Positions 22,198-64,000 of a stretch of 64,000 nucleotides of DNA are shown piece after piece (the first letter of the stretch is position 1; each line of letters opens with the position of its first letter). Origin of the DNA: Amoebidium appalachense (Eukaryota > Protista > Ichthyosporea); assembly GCA_963693365.1 (NCBI GenBank), contig CAVNZM010000010.1, forward strand, positions 372,001 to 436,000, in the 5' to 3' direction. The translations under genes were made by a program, and so were the position numbers. The notes under the pieces are model-generated. The model was not told the DNA's origin. It searched no databases and was given only the letters and a program-made list of their open reading frames with translations.

Positions 22198-22820
22198 CAT
22201 GTTACCCGCCGGCGTAACATAACTCGGACTATCGGTTTGGCTTTTTTCAAGCCCAAAGCAATGGGTGATACCATATTTCCGGCTGACATCCGGGGGCATA
22301 GCTTTCCGTTCGAAGACGATAAAGTTCCGCCCTAGTAAGCGTGTTACTACCCTGCGGCGTGGGTCAAATCTCATATTTTCCCCTCTGATTACGAATTCTG
22401 TGGCCTTCGGGACTTAATTCTTTTCAGCTGGTGTAGTATGTTAGCCAGGGAAGTATCGACTTAGGTATCGACGGGGGAGCTTCCTAGAAGCCCCGTCTCC
22501 TGAGTTCCTATCTATATTTTTCTTGCTTCTGCTTACTGCTGCAACTTTAACCCCCGGCCTTTCCCACTGCCCTTGCCTGCATAAGCAACCCTGCTCGTCT
22601 CTGATCAAGACGGGTGACCTACTCATGTTCAAGTGAAACAGTATCTGAGTTGGGTTTCGTTAACGAGGGGAATAGGTCGAAACTCGGGTACTGTGGATGA
22701 CGTGGGCCCCCCCTGAGGATGGGCTCTGCTTATTATGCATACTCTTTATGTATGGCTTGCATTCTGCATCGTGTTATCCGTTTGTTCTTGTGTACTTCGT
22801 ACTTTTTGACGCATTCAAAA
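22198..22820 (+). mobile_element. Retroelement 3' fragment, family S2, flanked by C runs; probably Penelope-like
   Basis: Near-identical to 62484-63105 (minus). Encodes …IGLAFFKPKAMGDTIFPAD…*, resembling the post-thumb motif of PLE RTs. Shares 3' UTR motifs with S1. Confidence 0.75.
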
Positions 22821-22985
22821 CCCCCCCCCCCCCCCCCCCCCCCTTGCACCCCCCAAACAGGGTAAAGAACCTACAAAACATAGCTGTCAAGCTAAAAACA
22901 CTGATAACACGGATACATAAATACTGCACAGCCCAAACTTCAAAATCAAATGCCCATATCCGCTGAAAGTGATCAAGGCACCCGT

Positions 22986-49236
<26,251 letters not shown>

Positions 49237-50328
49237 CTCCCGCAGGCGATGCTGGGCGGGGCGGACGCCCGGGCCCTTGCCCTGGCATTTTACCGCTGGT
49301 GTACATTGTTTATGTTTTGTTTTAAGGTTGTTGGATAGAATAATACAGTGATGATGGGAGGGGGGGAGATGGGGCGAGAGCGAGGCTTGAAGTGACCTGA
49401 ATTTTTGTTGCGGTTGGCAACTGTTGAAGCAAGATTTTGTTGCCGGTGAAATGTCTCACATGTCAACCAATCAGATTCTTCCATAGCCTCATTTGATTGG
49501 CTCGTTATAATTTACCTGCCATTATATGTCGGTATGTCACGTCCAAATTCCTCCGCAAAAATAGTGGTACTTCTTCAGCCAATCGGTAGGCACTGAAAGG
49601 GTTGAAACTATGTGATCACAGATCGCCGCGAGCGCGTGTGAACAGTTTTTTTCAAAGTTTTGTTTTGAAGTTAGAGACACACCCACACACAGCTCTTTTA
49701 TTCAAGTTGAGGACGGCGTCTACGTCAGCTTTAATATGCATAGGCTGCGTTCACACCGCGCGGGGCATCTCACAGTCAGCATGATGCTTAGCCAGTTGGG
49801 TATTCATTCTCACTATGGTGGTGCACGTGCACCTTGGCACCATGCATATGACTCAACGGTATCTTATCATCTGTGTATGTCCTGTTCGTCTGAATAAAAA
49901 CACGGAGGCAAAAGAGCATGGTCACCAAAACTTGCACCGCGGGAACTTTTCAAACATGCCGTACACCGCCCACGTAGCCCCTCGAGCTCGCTTCACGGTG
50001 CCAACGTTCCAGTTAGTGGGGTTGTATTGGCGCTTACAGTTGGGCTATTTACAGTGTCAGCTCCTAGTATGGCATTCCCCCCAGCCGGCGAATCGGGTGG
50101 TTTGACTGCTGGGGGGCCGGGTCAGGCACCTTTACAGTACGTGACAGGGTCACAAGATAATTACCCATGCACTGGCAGATTGGGCGTGTGACAGTCCATG
50201 TAGAAACCGTGAAAAATAGAATCTTGCATGACATGGTTTCAAACCTGAACTGAAGATACATGAATTAGGGTTCACCTCAGGTGGGTGTTTTTCGTAGCCT
50301 AAGTTAGTGGCATACAGATCATCATATT

Positions 50329-50383
<55 letters not shown>

Positions 50384-50420
50384 CTCCACCCACCCACCCA
50401 CCCCTTCCCTTCGAGAGCTC

Positions 50421-50461
<41 letters not shown>

Positions 50462-50505
50462 ACACGCACACCTCCACCCACCCACCCACACCTTCCCTTC
50501 GAGAG

Positions 50506-50658
<153 letters not shown>

Positions 50659-51096
50659 ACACCCACACACACACACACGTGTACACACACACACACACAC
50701 ACACACGTACACAAACACACACACAATCGCTCATTCAACTCACACACATTGTCATCAAGTTGATCCATCTCGTAGGGAAAGTGAAGAGGATTGTGCTGGG
50801 TTCTGAAGACAGTCAGATTGACTTCAAACTAGCCACACCACGGCGGTGCACATGCACACCCACACATGTGCAGCTCCCCCTTCCCCCCCCCCCCTCACCC
50901 CCAACCTCTCCTCCCCCTCCCCTCCTCCTCTGAGAATCCCCGAAGTCTTTAAAAAATAAAGTAAATTAATACATAGAACAAAAAAAAACACAAGAGCTCG
51001 AGAGGAGCACGAGAGGACACCAAGCATTTTGCCCACGGAGAGAGGAGGAGGTGGAGGTGGGAGAGGGCAGGCGGAAGAAGGGGGAGAGGCGGGGGG

Positions 51097-51127
<31 letters not shown>

Positions 51128-51542
51128 AGTGGTTTCTGCAAAAGGAGTCCGTTTATGTCGATGTTATTTTTATTGCGCCAATACAGCTGAATATCGTAGC
51201 GAGTTCTAAACAGACTAGAAGCCCACGCAGACTCCAGATATTCACTCGTAGCACAGCTAATAACGAACAATAATCAGTCAATATTATCACACACCACTTA
51301 ATTTAACTTGATTGCTGTTAAGCCTATGTTTGGTAAACACATGTTACATGGGTTTAAACTTCATAGCAGTTAAACTAAATTTATATGCAACCTTGGTACA
51401 TATTTCACACTCACATATACATGATAATTGTACATATCACGAAGACGATTTAGAAATCAATTTCAACCCACCAAATCTTGTGCATAAAATACACAAAATT
51501 GCTAAGTGGGGCGGGGGGGGCGGGGGGGTTTCAAATCAAAAA

Positions 51543-64000
<12,458 letters not shown>

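Noticed and set aside
22695-22735. SECIS element or canonical hammerhead ribozyme in the S1/S2 3' UTR
   Set aside because: ATGA lacks the opposing GA quartet and AA loop, and hammerhead stems I-III could not be formed. Kept only as an unclassified structured RNA.

Overview
Eukaryotic genomic DNA. The intron-rich, microsatellite-rich genes suggest an opisthokont/holozoan-like protist, but this is inference. 1-16.3 kb is a nested transposon stack. A chromodomain Ty3/Gypsy element (A, minus strand, 5' LTR 13979-14590) sits in the (CA)n tail of a 5'-truncated non-LTR element. A's pol is interrupted by a gag-only LTR element (B, 2309-5802, TSD TATCC) and by a non-autonomous LTR element with decayed pol (C, 7945-11498, TSD GTCAT). 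Next come a two-exon orphan gene (17.6-18.6 kb), a ~33-exon short-tailed class I myosin (22986-49236, minus) and the 3' part of a PLC-delta-like phospholipase C (51543 to beyond 64000, minus). The most unusual observations are: (1) A and B share a non-canonical primer-binding site complementary to the 5' end of a tRNA-Ala-like sequence, not to a 3' CCA end; (2) A's Gag begins with a signal-peptide-like segment and a transmembrane helix, is overlapped by a second long ORF, and is separated from Pol by a single in-frame UAG followed by a hairpin; (3) Penelope-like retroelement fragments with a conserved, covarying 3' RNA structure end in poly(C) tracts; (4) many splice acceptors have (CA)n or (C)n in place of a U-rich tract, and splice junctions are repeatedly echoed by tandem duplications. 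All calls were made by eye and no database searches were run.
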